IMG/VR virus record: IMGVR_UViG_3300025030_000054
Span: 41,688 to 105,687 of that record
DNA: 64,000 nucleotides
Source: a virus
Direction: 5' to 3' (one strand)
The notes beneath the pieces were generated by a model that saw only the letters and a program-made list of their open reading frames with translations, searched no databases and had not been told where the DNA came from. The position numbers and the translations under genes were made by a program. Of the stretch, positions 48,001-57,000 are shown piece by piece. Position 1 is the stretch's first letter; the number at the start of each line of letters is the position of its first letter.

Positions 48001-48525
48001 CGCGCCAATTACTGCTTCAGAGATTGCAGTGTCGGCTTCCACCTTAGTATAGTAGTAGTCCAATGCTGCGGCTCTGGCTTGGGCTTCTCCAGATACCGCA
48101 GCAGCTCTATCTAAAATCTCTTGGGCTAGTCTATCTAACAAACCAACTTCAGGGGAATCTATCAGGTCTATTCTGCTACTAAGTTCCGAATGCAATTCGC
48201 TTTCAGTAATCTGCCCCGAAATCATTTCTATAATATCTGGGATAGATCTTACCGTGACACTCTTCTCTTCTGAATAGTTTAAACTTAGAAAATCAATGTT
48301 TTCTGGATCTTCAAAACTATCGTAAGCAGCTACCTTAATGTAGTACACCCCGTCATCTGAAGGTATAGTTACAGAAGTATCAGGCCCAACACTAACCATA
48401 TTACTTTCAGAAGGCGTAAAGCCGCTCTCTAAAGATGCATTGATTACGTAACCTACCACGTCAAGGTCAGGTGCCGGATTAAATGTTACTACATAATTTT
48501 TTATTCCAGCTTCTAAGTTTATCAT
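45055..48525 (-). CDS. Tail fibre / gpJ C-terminal-like receptor-binding protein
   Basis: N-terminal FN3, YYTK.EAD repeats, DUF1983-like KVDANG.IAGIG...ADRF...PFIV, duplicated IASD.KLT..EK domain. Confidence 0.8.
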   Translation of the reverse strand: MINLEAGIKNYVVTFNPAPDLDVVGYVINASLESGFTPSESNMVSVGPDTSVTIPSDDGVYYIKVAAYDSFEDPENIDFLSLNYSEEKSVTVRSIPDIIEMISGQITESELHSELSSRIDLIDSPEVGLLDRLAQEILDRAAAVSGEAQARAAALDYYYTKVEADTAISEAVIGATSESVTNGTLATALSGYYTKTEADSATATAITGATSSLVSTGSLATSLASYYTKVDADSAIATATSGAVATANNNTASALINYSTTVETTTAIDGAITSAVEAKMMLKVDANGKIAGIGLWSDGVTSNVEILADRFSIVDAGPGATPLVPFIVDQGTVYIAKAAIKEGDIDNAKIGNYIQSTNYVAGQAGWKFDKTGTFQLMGGDFYGTVHFTSNPKNAAGQTIEVDNSAIVVGGRNLLAGSDVERTSVTEYLPVDLNSIAIANLGKPVTISGLLKSTIPGQVVVYSLGKYLINTSLVVNATTEYQYFSLTGSFSYDPAGYNGDICHLSFYGTYGTGVKPIVKLLKVEIGNTATAWTPAVEDINESIADALNEAETANALIAEIASDGKLTATEKQSVRLEWDVVASEWGGINTQAENFGITTEKANYINAFQALANYLNNGAAWSSGVPSWITDANIPTTTTIVGATFRSKWSTYYYNRTILLNAISTKAKTVADTANSTANTAAGAAATASQNATNAVNTANTVNSLVSDIASDSKLTPNEKYTVRREWEVISAEKAGIETQATSFGLPTEKATYTAAFQSLADYLNAGVTWTSGIPSWISDASASTTTVIVGSTFRASWKAYYDARTALLNAVAVKAASMANSTEDSLTTIARPVGGTYSITGSATGAIKISLPVLWSGTMLQFSVDVYNYTTNQYFTALIGGYNYSGGYWVNTSASIIGQSSASHAIRFGHDGTKACVWIGETNASWAHPKVVVKNFIAGYSNYDIDTWKAGWDVSVVTSFGTIQVTDTDNMVYASDVAKVGGTLAATVRDNAASAATTVSEWTRPGTTTIDGNKIYTGDAYVDTLQIAGEAVSVQRYASIDTNFYNGINNNINPALVASYNFTVRHSAYYNLMTYVTKDGAVSGDEHYYYEIKVDGVTIDSHQYGGAGAYLGGNAVSNRVYLNSGSHTVALHANIAGFSGIKEITKVVFSIEGVVR

Positions 48526-48534
48526 AAATTATCC

Positions 48535-51500
48535 TTAAGTTAGTCTAGCAGGTACTGGGTTAGTCACTTGCAAGGTTTTTGGTGCAGACTCTCTTCCCAA
48601 CCTATCTACTGCAATTACAGTAATACTGAAAGTTCTAACTGGCCTACCTGCACCGTCTACATAATTTTGCTCATATTTATAGTCGTAATGCTCATCATAG
48701 ACCTTAGTACTATGCCTCACAGAACCATCAGCATTTTTAATGGTTATCTGATATTCCTTCAACCAAGAATCTGCTGTGGCTGTTGCTAGGGCACTGTCGG
48801 TAGCTAGATCGTTGAGATTAAAGTCAACTACGGCAGGTTTTCGCCAAGTGAATTTAGCATCCTTCCCAGCAAACTCCGTAGTATTTCCCTGACCTACTAA
48901 CTGAAGCCCAGACACGCCCTTTATAAACTCAGTGTTATCTATGTAAGGAGTTATGTAGAGAGTGTAGTAAGGAGTCAGGTCAGTATCGCCCAAAGCCTCT
49001 GCTATACTCTGCCTAGTTCCATCTGTGTAAACCGAGATGCAGATAAACTGGTATTCTCCTTCTACTGTTATCTCCGGAATATTAACTACTCCAGTTTTGT
49101 CTATAGGAGTCTCAGCATAAACTCCGTTAATTCCGTAGTAGACAATAACACCAGCCCAGCCTAATTGAACAGGCTTAGAGTAGTAAACCCTAGCACCAGT
49201 CTTTAAGTTACCCGTAGAATCAACATACACAGTAGACTCTGCGAACACATTCTTAACTGACCTCTTAATGGCGTCTAAGCTGCTGTAGTTCGGCATCACT
49301 ATAATTGGCAGGTCGGTAATATCGTCAGCGTCTGTATAAATCTCATCTAAGTATTCTACACAAGTAACTTCTATAACTTCGTCTTTATCTCTCTTTAGTG
49401 AAACAAATTTAAAGGGCTTTACGGTGTTTGTAATGTCGCCTACAATGTACAAATCATCCTTCGCTGGGGTATTTACAGGAATCTCGTCTAAGGTAAATTC
49501 TCTACAGATGCCCATATTACTTGGTGTAACCGCAACTATCTCTGGAGACTTGCCTTTACAAACTAACTGCATAGAATGTAAAACAGAAACATCTGAACTA
49601 ATTTCTACATCGTCACTTACAGTTATTAGTCTAGTCTCTGCATCATAACTTACTACCCTTCCCCCAAACCCCCATTGAGGAACATCGTGCTGTACACCTA
49701 TCACGTCCCCTACCGTAGATAGTAATCCATAAGTAGAAGTCTTGAAAGAAACCGAGGTAGTTAAAAGCTGACCAACCCTGAGAGCGTATTTAGCAAGTGA
49801 CTTAGCTTGGTCCTCTCCGGTAACGCCTATCAACTGCAAGGTCTTTTTGCTCTCTTCCTTAGTAATGTCTAACTGATAATCTGGATCTTCCAAAATCAAA
49901 GTATCCTGATCGTAATCCTTCTCTTTATTATTGAACTGTACTTCATATACGTTAGGAAGTTGCTTGAAAGACATACCTGTTTCGACATACTCTTTGATGT
50001 TGCTCATGTTAAAGAGTTGGCTTATGGGTTTGGGTCTATCAATATCAATGAAAACAACCCCTTCAGTGTAATACAAGGTGGCTCTCATCGAAGCGCATAT
50101 AATAGTCAACCATTCGATAGCTGTCTTAGACTGGTCTATTACTATGTTGAGGCTGAATCTAGGTCTAGCAGATTCGTAGTCGTCACTGGTAGGGTCCGTT
50201 ACTAGCGTGCCGTCAGGTGTTATCCTCTCGTCACAGTACTGAGCCATTTGAAAGAAGTTGGCCTTCATCAACCCAAGTTTGGAGGATGAAATTTTAAAGT
50301 AGTCTTTTAAGCCATACCTCTCGTTCATTATCAAATCATACAGACACCAAACTGGATTATCGGTCCATTCTTTATCTGCTTTGAATAGTCCGTTATAGGC
50401 ATCTGACATGTACCTGCGAGTTCCGTTATAGAACTGTGGTAGTTGAACCTTAGTACCTTGTATGACAGATGTTATTGTAGGCAACCCGCCGGATATAAAC
50501 TCAGTCGCTTTGATACTCAACCCTAGAAGTGCTGTGTGGGGGTATATAAGCTGTTCTTGAATCTCCTCAATAACATCCTTAACATAAACGTTATCTACTA
50601 TCAAGAGATTATCTGAGTTACTAGGAGTGACCCTAATAAGTTTTACATCGTATGCGCCATTTTCCCGTATAGGCACTACGAAGGTTTGCTCAGACTCTGA
50701 TTTAGTTTTTCCTCTTATGCTGACTATAGTGTGTTTTTTTGTAATACCGTCTGAGTAAAATTCTGAGTACGAATCTCCTGTGCTTAATTTCCAGTATACT
50801 TTTATATCGACTGTGGTGTCTAACAGTTCGCCCTTTTCACTCTTATATATTGCTGGGGCCGCCAAGTTTATTTTAAGCGCATCGACTGGTGTTGAAGTAG
50901 ATACAACCACACCGTCAGAGGTTGGGTCTATCGTAGAGTCTTCAGTGTTGGTTACTAAAAGATTATACGAAAAAGAGTTCTTAACTCTGTTGAAGTACTC
51001 CATTGACGAGGTAACGTCCGTATTTAATGCGCCAGAGTTTCTTATGACGTACTTATCCACGTAACCGTCTAAGGTAGCAGCCGAACTAGGTACTGGGTAT
51101 CTGGACACTTCAAAGCGCGGGTCTGCCGCAAGCGTGTCATACCACACCTCAGTAAACCCACCAGCCCAAGACTTAGGCGTTACTACTTTAATTTTATACA
51201 TCCCAGTGGTGGGGAATACTACATTAGCTTTTGTGGGTTCTAGGTAAGCGCGTAAGTTATTAAAAGGTTTTCTTGGAATAGCAACTGGACCTACTCTATT
51301 GGAATAGTCATCCGAACTTGAAGCCTCCTTCCAGTAAATATAACATACCTCATCTGTCTGATCTGGGTACGTACCACTAAATGCACCTATATAAACATCT
51401 ACGCTAGTAGCTGCGCTTTCTAATGTGTACTCTAATTCTAAATGAAAACCTGTAGGTGCTTCTAGTCTGTCAAAGGTTCTAATTACAGGTACAACTGTGC

Positions 51501-52272
51501 TAGTTGCGTCGTCGGCTATCACCAACTGCGAATCTGGGGCAGTTTGAAATTTAGTACCTAACCGGTATGAAGCACCGATATCTGACTCAGGAAACGTATT
51601 GACACTTCTGTTATTAATCTCTATAGACTTAGGATCTATGGCTTGAATTTCTCCCTCACATAGACCTATTTGTACGCGCAGCCAACTTGAGTTTCCAGTA
51701 GTACCTACCCCTATTACGTCATTATAGGCGTTGAGTATGTGTCCGCCTATCCTGTGAGTTCCGTACACAATCCCTATCGGGGTGCCTAATACGGTAGTAT
51801 TTTTAATGCCTGAGAAGGTATAAGTAGCTGAGGTATTAGAGCCAGAGTCGAAAGTAGGTAAAAGAGGCTGGCCTGCTATTAACTCTCCGACACCGCCCAA
51901 AGCCAAAGAGATACCAAAACCTACTACATAAGGGTTCCACCCCGAAAGATACCCGCCTACAACAGCTATAACCACCCCGGCTATAATCTTCCCTACCCCA
52001 TTCTCCCCGTAAGGTACGTCACAACCTACTTCAAGTATATCTTCAGAACTAACCTTCCGGTGTATTTCCTTTACATCTGTTATGTATTCTCCGTTTAATT
52101 TAAAAGAAGTTTTATCGGCTTCCTTACCATTATCTGCTACCAAAAATACATGCAGTTGAGGATAATCATTTAAAAGACTCTCTAACACAGCACGCAGAGA
52201 ATCACCTTTGACCTCTATAGTCTCCTGAAAACTTGTATATTTAAAAAAGTATGGATCAAATTTAATTATCAT
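48535..52272 (-). CDS. Tail tip protein, gpI-like plus gpJ-like fusion
   Basis: Ubiquitin-like N-terminus, TYTFSG..NT...G.PI.IVYG, LCEGEI, YPHTALLG, WTDNPVWC.YD. Confidence 0.88.
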   Translation of the reverse strand: MIIKFDPYFFKYTSFQETIEVKGDSLRAVLESLLNDYPQLHVFLVADNGKEADKTSFKLNGEYITDVKEIHRKVSSEDILEVGCDVPYGENGVGKIIAGVVIAVVGGYLSGWNPYVVGFGISLALGGVGELIAGQPLLPTFDSGSNTSATYTFSGIKNTTVLGTPIGIVYGTHRIGGHILNAYNDVIGVGTTGNSSWLRVQIGLCEGEIQAIDPKSIEINNRSVNTFPESDIGASYRLGTKFQTAPDSQLVIADDATSTVVPVIRTFDRLEAPTGFHLELEYTLESAATSVDVYIGAFSGTYPDQTDEVCYIYWKEASSSDDYSNRVGPVAIPRKPFNNLRAYLEPTKANVVFPTTGMYKIKVVTPKSWAGGFTEVWYDTLAADPRFEVSRYPVPSSAATLDGYVDKYVIRNSGALNTDVTSSMEYFNRVKNSFSYNLLVTNTEDSTIDPTSDGVVVSTSTPVDALKINLAAPAIYKSEKGELLDTTVDIKVYWKLSTGDSYSEFYSDGITKKHTIVSIRGKTKSESEQTFVVPIRENGAYDVKLIRVTPSNSDNLLIVDNVYVKDVIEEIQEQLIYPHTALLGLSIKATEFISGGLPTITSVIQGTKVQLPQFYNGTRRYMSDAYNGLFKADKEWTDNPVWCLYDLIMNERYGLKDYFKISSSKLGLMKANFFQMAQYCDERITPDGTLVTDPTSDDYESARPRFSLNIVIDQSKTAIEWLTIICASMRATLYYTEGVVFIDIDRPKPISQLFNMSNIKEYVETGMSFKQLPNVYEVQFNNKEKDYDQDTLILEDPDYQLDITKEESKKTLQLIGVTGEDQAKSLAKYALRVGQLLTTSVSFKTSTYGLLSTVGDVIGVQHDVPQWGFGGRVVSYDAETRLITVSDDVEISSDVSVLHSMQLVCKGKSPEIVAVTPSNMGICREFTLDEIPVNTPAKDDLYIVGDITNTVKPFKFVSLKRDKDEVIEVTCVEYLDEIYTDADDITDLPIIVMPNYSSLDAIKRSVKNVFAESTVYVDSTGNLKTGARVYYSKPVQLGWAGVIVYYGINGVYAETPIDKTGVVNIPEITVEGEYQFICISVYTDGTRQSIAEALGDTDLTPYYTLYITPYIDNTEFIKGVSGLQLVGQGNTTEFAGKDAKFTWRKPAVVDFNLNDLATDSALATATADSWLKEYQITIKNADGSVRHSTKVYDEHYDYKYEQNYVDGAGRPVRTFSITVIAVDRLGRESAPKTLQVTNPVPARLT

Positions 52273-52666
52273 TTTGATTATCCTTGTGCCTAAGTATGCA
52301 ATGTACTTTGCCATGCCACTGACCACTTCTGTAAGAATGAACTGCTGTGCCTACTTTAGTGGTATGTACAAAATACTCAGAATCTATTATTACACCTAAA
52401 TGCTTAGGGATTCTGTGTTCGATTAAAACTACTACGTCGCCGGTTCTAGGAGAGTCGGTTATTTTATAGAAACCTTCAGACTCATAGCGGTCAAGTATCA
52501 GGTTGTCTTTTAGATTAAACCAATCCTCAACATAATCAGCGTCTGGAAGGTCTATTCCGAATTCCTTAGAGTAAATGAGTTTGACCAGTCTGTAGCAATC
52601 GGCACCTTCTCCGATACCTGAGCCTCTAAACTTATATGGAATTTTCAAATACTCTAAGTAATTCAT
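52262..52666 (-). CDS. NlpC/P60 tail tip protein (gpK C-terminal-like)
   Basis: IPY..RG...GADCY.LV, HLGV, FVH. Confidence 0.88.
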   Translation of the reverse strand: MNYLEYLKIPYKFRGSGIGEGADCYRLVKLIYSKEFGIDLPDADYVEDWFNLKDNLILDRYESEGFYKITDSPRTGDVVVLIEHRIPKHLGVIIDSEYFVHTTKVGTAVHSYRSGQWHGKVHCILRHKDNQNDN

Positions 52667-52667
52667 G

Positions 52668-53309
52668 TTAGAAATTTATCCTTCTGGTTTGTGTAGGAAT
52701 CCCAGGGAAGCCGCCGAACCTAGCCTCATTACCTTTCTGCCTACAACTATCTAAGTCTTTAGTGCAGGTACTCTCTGCCCCCGCGTACATACAAGTTTCT
52801 GGATCTTTAAATCTCCAATAACACATGTGAGTAAACCTTCGTCTAGGAATTTTTATACTAAAGTCACACACAGGGTCTAACTGAAACTGTATAGTCTGGT
52901 CTGTTGCTGTGTAGCTGTCGATTATAAAAGAATCTTCTACGCAAGACAAAGGATCGGGAGACTCACCAGAATCCAGAAAACGCTCAAAGACAGTTTTAAC
53001 TTCTACCCGAATTCCCCTTAGCCCTTTAAACTGTTGTAAGTAAGCCTGAAAGGTTCTCTCTGGGTTTGCTACAACAAGGCTTGCCTTATTTATCTCTCCA
53101 GTCCCTGTCATCTCTATGCCATTAAAAATGACTGGAAATTTTATGTAGGTAACTCCATCGTAAATTACATCTTCGTTAGCATCTACTATACTTACGCTAG
53201 TAGGCTCGGGAGTCGTAGGAATATCAACGAAAGTAATTAGATGGTAGAGTTGGCCTTGTTCTGTTTTAGTTGTTTCTTCTCTAAATAATGCGCTTAAGTC
53301 TCTAGCCAT
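52668..53309 (-). CDS. Minor tail protein gpL-like
   Basis: IPRR...CYW......CMY...CTK....C.......FGGFP. Confidence 0.88.
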   Translation of the reverse strand: MARDLSALFREETTKTEQGQLYHLITFVDIPTTPEPTSVSIVDANEDVIYDGVTYIKFPVIFNGIEMTGTGEINKASLVVANPERTFQAYLQQFKGLRGIRVEVKTVFERFLDSGESPDPLSCVEDSFIIDSYTATDQTIQFQLDPVCDFSIKIPRRRFTHMCYWRFKDPETCMYAGAESTCTKDLDSCRQKGNEARFGGFPGIPTQTRRINF

Positions 53310-53599
53310 AAATAATCATCCTTTGTTACTATCAGAAATTTGTAAGGGAATCTTCTGGCAGCTTCTAGGTCTGCCTCAGAAGGTTTGCAATCATAGGGAT
53401 GTGTGTGCCATATAGCAACCACCTTAGCACCTGAATTCAAAAGACTAAACCAACTGAACTTATCAAACACAAATGCATCTTTATTTCTGGACACATTCGC
53501 AATCTCAATCGTGGTTTCGTCTTCTAAAATTACCCCACACCTTTCACTTACTAAATTTGATAGTGCTTGTAATTTTCTAAGTGATTCCTCAGAAAGCAT
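53294..53599 (-). CDS. JAB/MPN-domain tail tip protein (gpK N-terminal-like)
   Basis: ERCG, WHTHP...PS.AD JAMM motif. Confidence 0.85.
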   Translation of the reverse strand: MLSEESLRKLQALSNLVSERCGVILEDETTIEIANVSRNKDAFVFDKFSWFSLLNSGAKVVAIWHTHPYDCKPSEADLEAARRFPYKFLIVTKDDYLWLET

Positions 53600-53976
53600 T
53601 ACAGAACCTCTTCTAGTTGAACGTCCAAGGAGTACAGAGGAGTCTTGAAGTTATGTGCGAAACTCTTGGCAGCAAAGGCTTCCATTTTAAACCTGACAGT
53701 GAACTCTTCTTTACTTACGGGATCAGTCCATTTAAACGCTGAGTAAGAACCTTTCCTAGCTATGTAAAAGTCCTTCAAAGTTTTGTACTGTGTGTCTGTT
53801 AGCGCCTTGTAGGAGAAATCAAAGGTCTGTTTAAGCCTACCTTTGGGCCTGACTTCCTCAATCCCACTGTCAGACATAAATGAAATATTATTACTCTTGA
53901 TTCCGTATGAAATAGGAAGCGAACAATTAGGCATAGGCTTTCCTGTGGTTGTGTCGGTAGTCGGGTACGTTTCCAT
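53599..53976 (-). CDS. Distal tail protein (gpM-like)
   Basis: Follows the tape measure gene; FYIARKG...F.WTDP...VRF. Confidence 0.8.
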   Translation of the reverse strand: METYPTTDTTTGKPMPNCSLPISYGIKSNNISFMSDSGIEEVRPKGRLKQTFDFSYKALTDTQYKTLKDFYIARKGSYSAFKWTDPVSKEEFTVRFKMEAFAAKSFAHNFKTPLYSLDVQLEEVL

Positions 53977-54005
53977 TACTCTCTCCTGTCTATGTCTTTC
54001 TACTC

Positions 54006-54038
54006 TATTATATACAAACTGGTTACGTATTTTATTAC
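54006..54038 (-). promoter_or_regulatory. Bipartite phage promoter motif (GTAATA-N17-GTATATAATA)
   Basis: Upstream of the tail tip operon, right after the tape measure terminator. Confidence 0.72.
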
Positions 54039-54044
54039 TTGAGC

Positions 54045-54082
54045 AAAGAAAAACCCTACTAAATTTTTGTTTAGTAGGGTTT
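54045..54082 (-). terminator. Terminator after the tape measure gene
   Basis: 13-bp stem AAACCCTACTAAA/TTTAGTAGGGTTT with U-rich tail on the - strand. Confidence 0.78.
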
Positions 54083-54089
54083 ATTTAAT

Positions 54090-57000
54090 TTAACCTAAAG
54101 CCATTTTTATAGTCTTTAACGTAGAACCCCTCTTTATAATATCCAAGTTGATTACGTTAATTATTTGAGCATCGGTGGTCTGAGGAATGTCATCAGGATT
54201 TACTACGTTAACTATCTGAATGGTTCCGTTTAACCCCCCGCCAGAAGAACTTCCACTGTTATTAGAAGAACCGCCTACCAAACCGCCTGTAGCCATTTTT
54301 CTAATCTTGCCCATGTTAAGGTCATCCATGAAAGTTACTCCCAAGGATCTTACTACATCAGCTTTGACAACATATTCGTCAGGCATTGCCATGATAGGCA
54401 CGGAGTCAATTCCCGGAGTCCCGCCCACTATAAGCCCACCAGATGCTTTCGGAGCGAAGAGACTAGGTGAAGTGTTGAAGGCCGGTTGAGAGATGCCAGA
54501 AGGCGAATTAGCTGCTGCTCCTGCCTGACTTCCCCAAGAATTACTAAATAAACCTACCAACTGCTCTGCGGCCCAAATCACCATAAGTTTGATGTAGTAC
54601 TTCTGAAGTTGGCCCGCAATGTCCTGCATTACTTCCCCTAAAGTTTGCCTGAAAGACTTCCAGCTCCACTCTAGTTTGGACAATTTGCTTATGGATTGGT
54701 CTAGCAAATCAACCATTCCGTTCAGTCCTGAGTTGGCTACATCCAAGCCTAACTGCTGAGAATTACTTTTTACGTCACCCATCCCAAGAAGACCTTGCGT
54801 AGCGCCTTTCTTGAAGTTTGCCAAAGGTCCAGTCTCAGCTTCTTCTTTTCTCTTTCTCCTTATGGCTTCTTCCAGCTCTTTAATTTCTTCTAAAGATTCG
54901 GTTATGAGAACGTACCTGTTGAGCTGCGCGTCCAAAACTTCTTTGTCTATGTCTGTCTTAACCATAGCAGCTTCCAAGGTTTCTATTTCAGTCTGGTAAG
55001 CTTTGGCTTTAGATTCTGTGTTAGCAATCTGAGCATCGAGTATTCCGAGTTCAGCTTCTCTTACTTCAGAAGAAGTTTTGGCTAATTCTTTTTCCAACTC
55101 CAACCTTTTGGTAGTGTTTTGAAGAATCTTGTCAGCGGCTTTTACGTCTTTGTCGGAAGTGTATAGCTTCTCTGCTACTTCCTTTTTGTTGAATTCTGGT
55201 ATTTTCTTGTTACGAAGATCACTACCGTCGCTTGCTAAATAGCCCTTCTCTTCTACCGCTGCGTTCATACTATTCTTAAACGCATCTGGATTCTTCTTTA
55301 TAAACTCTGTGTACTTCTTAGCATTTAATTTTCCAACTTCTGTGTCAGGGAATACAAAAGGATTTTCTTTAGAGGAGTCATACTCAGCCCCTATAGCCGC
55401 AGCCTTGTTTATGTTCTGTTCCTCTTTAAACGCCTTGAGAGTTTCTGTAGTAAGTCTCTTGATATACCACTGTACAGCCTGTTTCTTCTCTTCATAGGCC
55501 GCAGGATCGGTTTCTCCTTTGATATCTTCCATAGCGGCAGAGAGGTTAGTTTCTAAATCTCTGATAAGCATCTGCTGCATGAGTTTGGCATTTGAGTTAT
55601 TAAACTTACGCTCAGCCTCTGCCATGTCAATACCAGTAGGCCCGTTGTTGTGGGTAGGTCTTTCAGCAATACCTGGAGTTGGGGTCTTCTTGGTGGGGGA
55701 CTCAGGCATTTTATACCCCGGTCCCTTTTTCATCAGAGATAAGTCTAAGTTATAAATGTCGTCGGAGGCTCCCGGAACTACAGTCTCCCAACCTATACCT
55801 GCTGCCCTTGAAGTAGAAGCTCTATCCAAGTTTGCTCTGTTGTTAGGGTCGTTCCTGAACCTATCCTTAATCTCCTCTCTGCGGGTTACACTGGCTTCTT
55901 TTATACGGGATAAGGCCGCGTCGTACTGTTCTTTACTGTACTTCCATTTAGCCCCTTCCAGATTCGTCAGTTCCTGCTTCTCTCTGGAGTTTTCGTAGGC
56001 CATGTCAGAATCATAACTTCTACCGAACATGTTCTTTTTAGATTTAGCCCTATTTAATGCATTTATAGAAGAATTATAGGCACTAAGATTCAAATCAGAC
56101 ATCTTCTCCATTTGGTCGTTTGCGCTCTTAATAGACCCCGCAAGCTGCCCATACTTCTCTACAGAGGTGTCTATAACACCATGCAGTGAAGGGGTATCCC
56201 TAACTAGCTTATTAAGTTCCTCTCTATGCTCCTTGGTAATTTGGTTGTTGAGTTCTCCCGCCTGAGTAGCCTTTCCATACATATCCGTGATAACTTGGAA
56301 AGCTCTCTGGGTATCACTCATATCTTTAGTCATGCGTCTAAATTCTCTGTTAGCCCTTTCAGTCTCAGGAGAGAGACTTCCGAATTTAGCTATCAAAGCA
56401 GTTAAAGCTACTCCTGCTACCGTCAGCCAAAGTGTTAAAGGATTGCTCGCCACAAAAGCCGCTATAGCAGTTCTGCAAGTATAAATAGCAGTTCCTACAG
56501 CTAACAACGCAGAAGCAACAGCTAAGACCTTTCCTTCGGTGGTCATTAAGCCGCGAGTAAGGTTCAGTAACGCTTGATACCCTACCCCAATTATTCCATT
56601 AAACTCTGTAATGGAGCCTATCAACTGCACGAAGGTCTGACGCAGAATGTTCATTTTTGCGCCTACGCCTTCCATAACTTTACTGTAAGCGACTAGAGAG
56701 GCATTTCCAAGAGATACGTTTCTTTCCATCTCTTTGAAGTACTCAGCTCCCGCTGTAACTGCCGCAGAAACAGAACGTCCAGCGATCTGACCAAACCCTT
56801 TAAGCAAGTCCTGAACGGGTATTGCCTTGCCTCCGTCAGCAGTTTGTAAAGTCTTTATAATTTCGCTAAACTTATGCAGACGAGGATTTAGCTGATCTAA
56901 CTCAAGGTTGTACGCTTTGGCTAAATCTTTAACACCCTTAGTAGGAGCCATAAGACGAGTAAGCAACTGACCTGTACCAGTACCGATAGTAGAAGCCTTA

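Noticed and set aside
41878-48525. Diversity-generating retroelement acting on the fibres
   Set aside because: No reverse transcriptase and no adenine-mismatch TR/VR pair seen in the window
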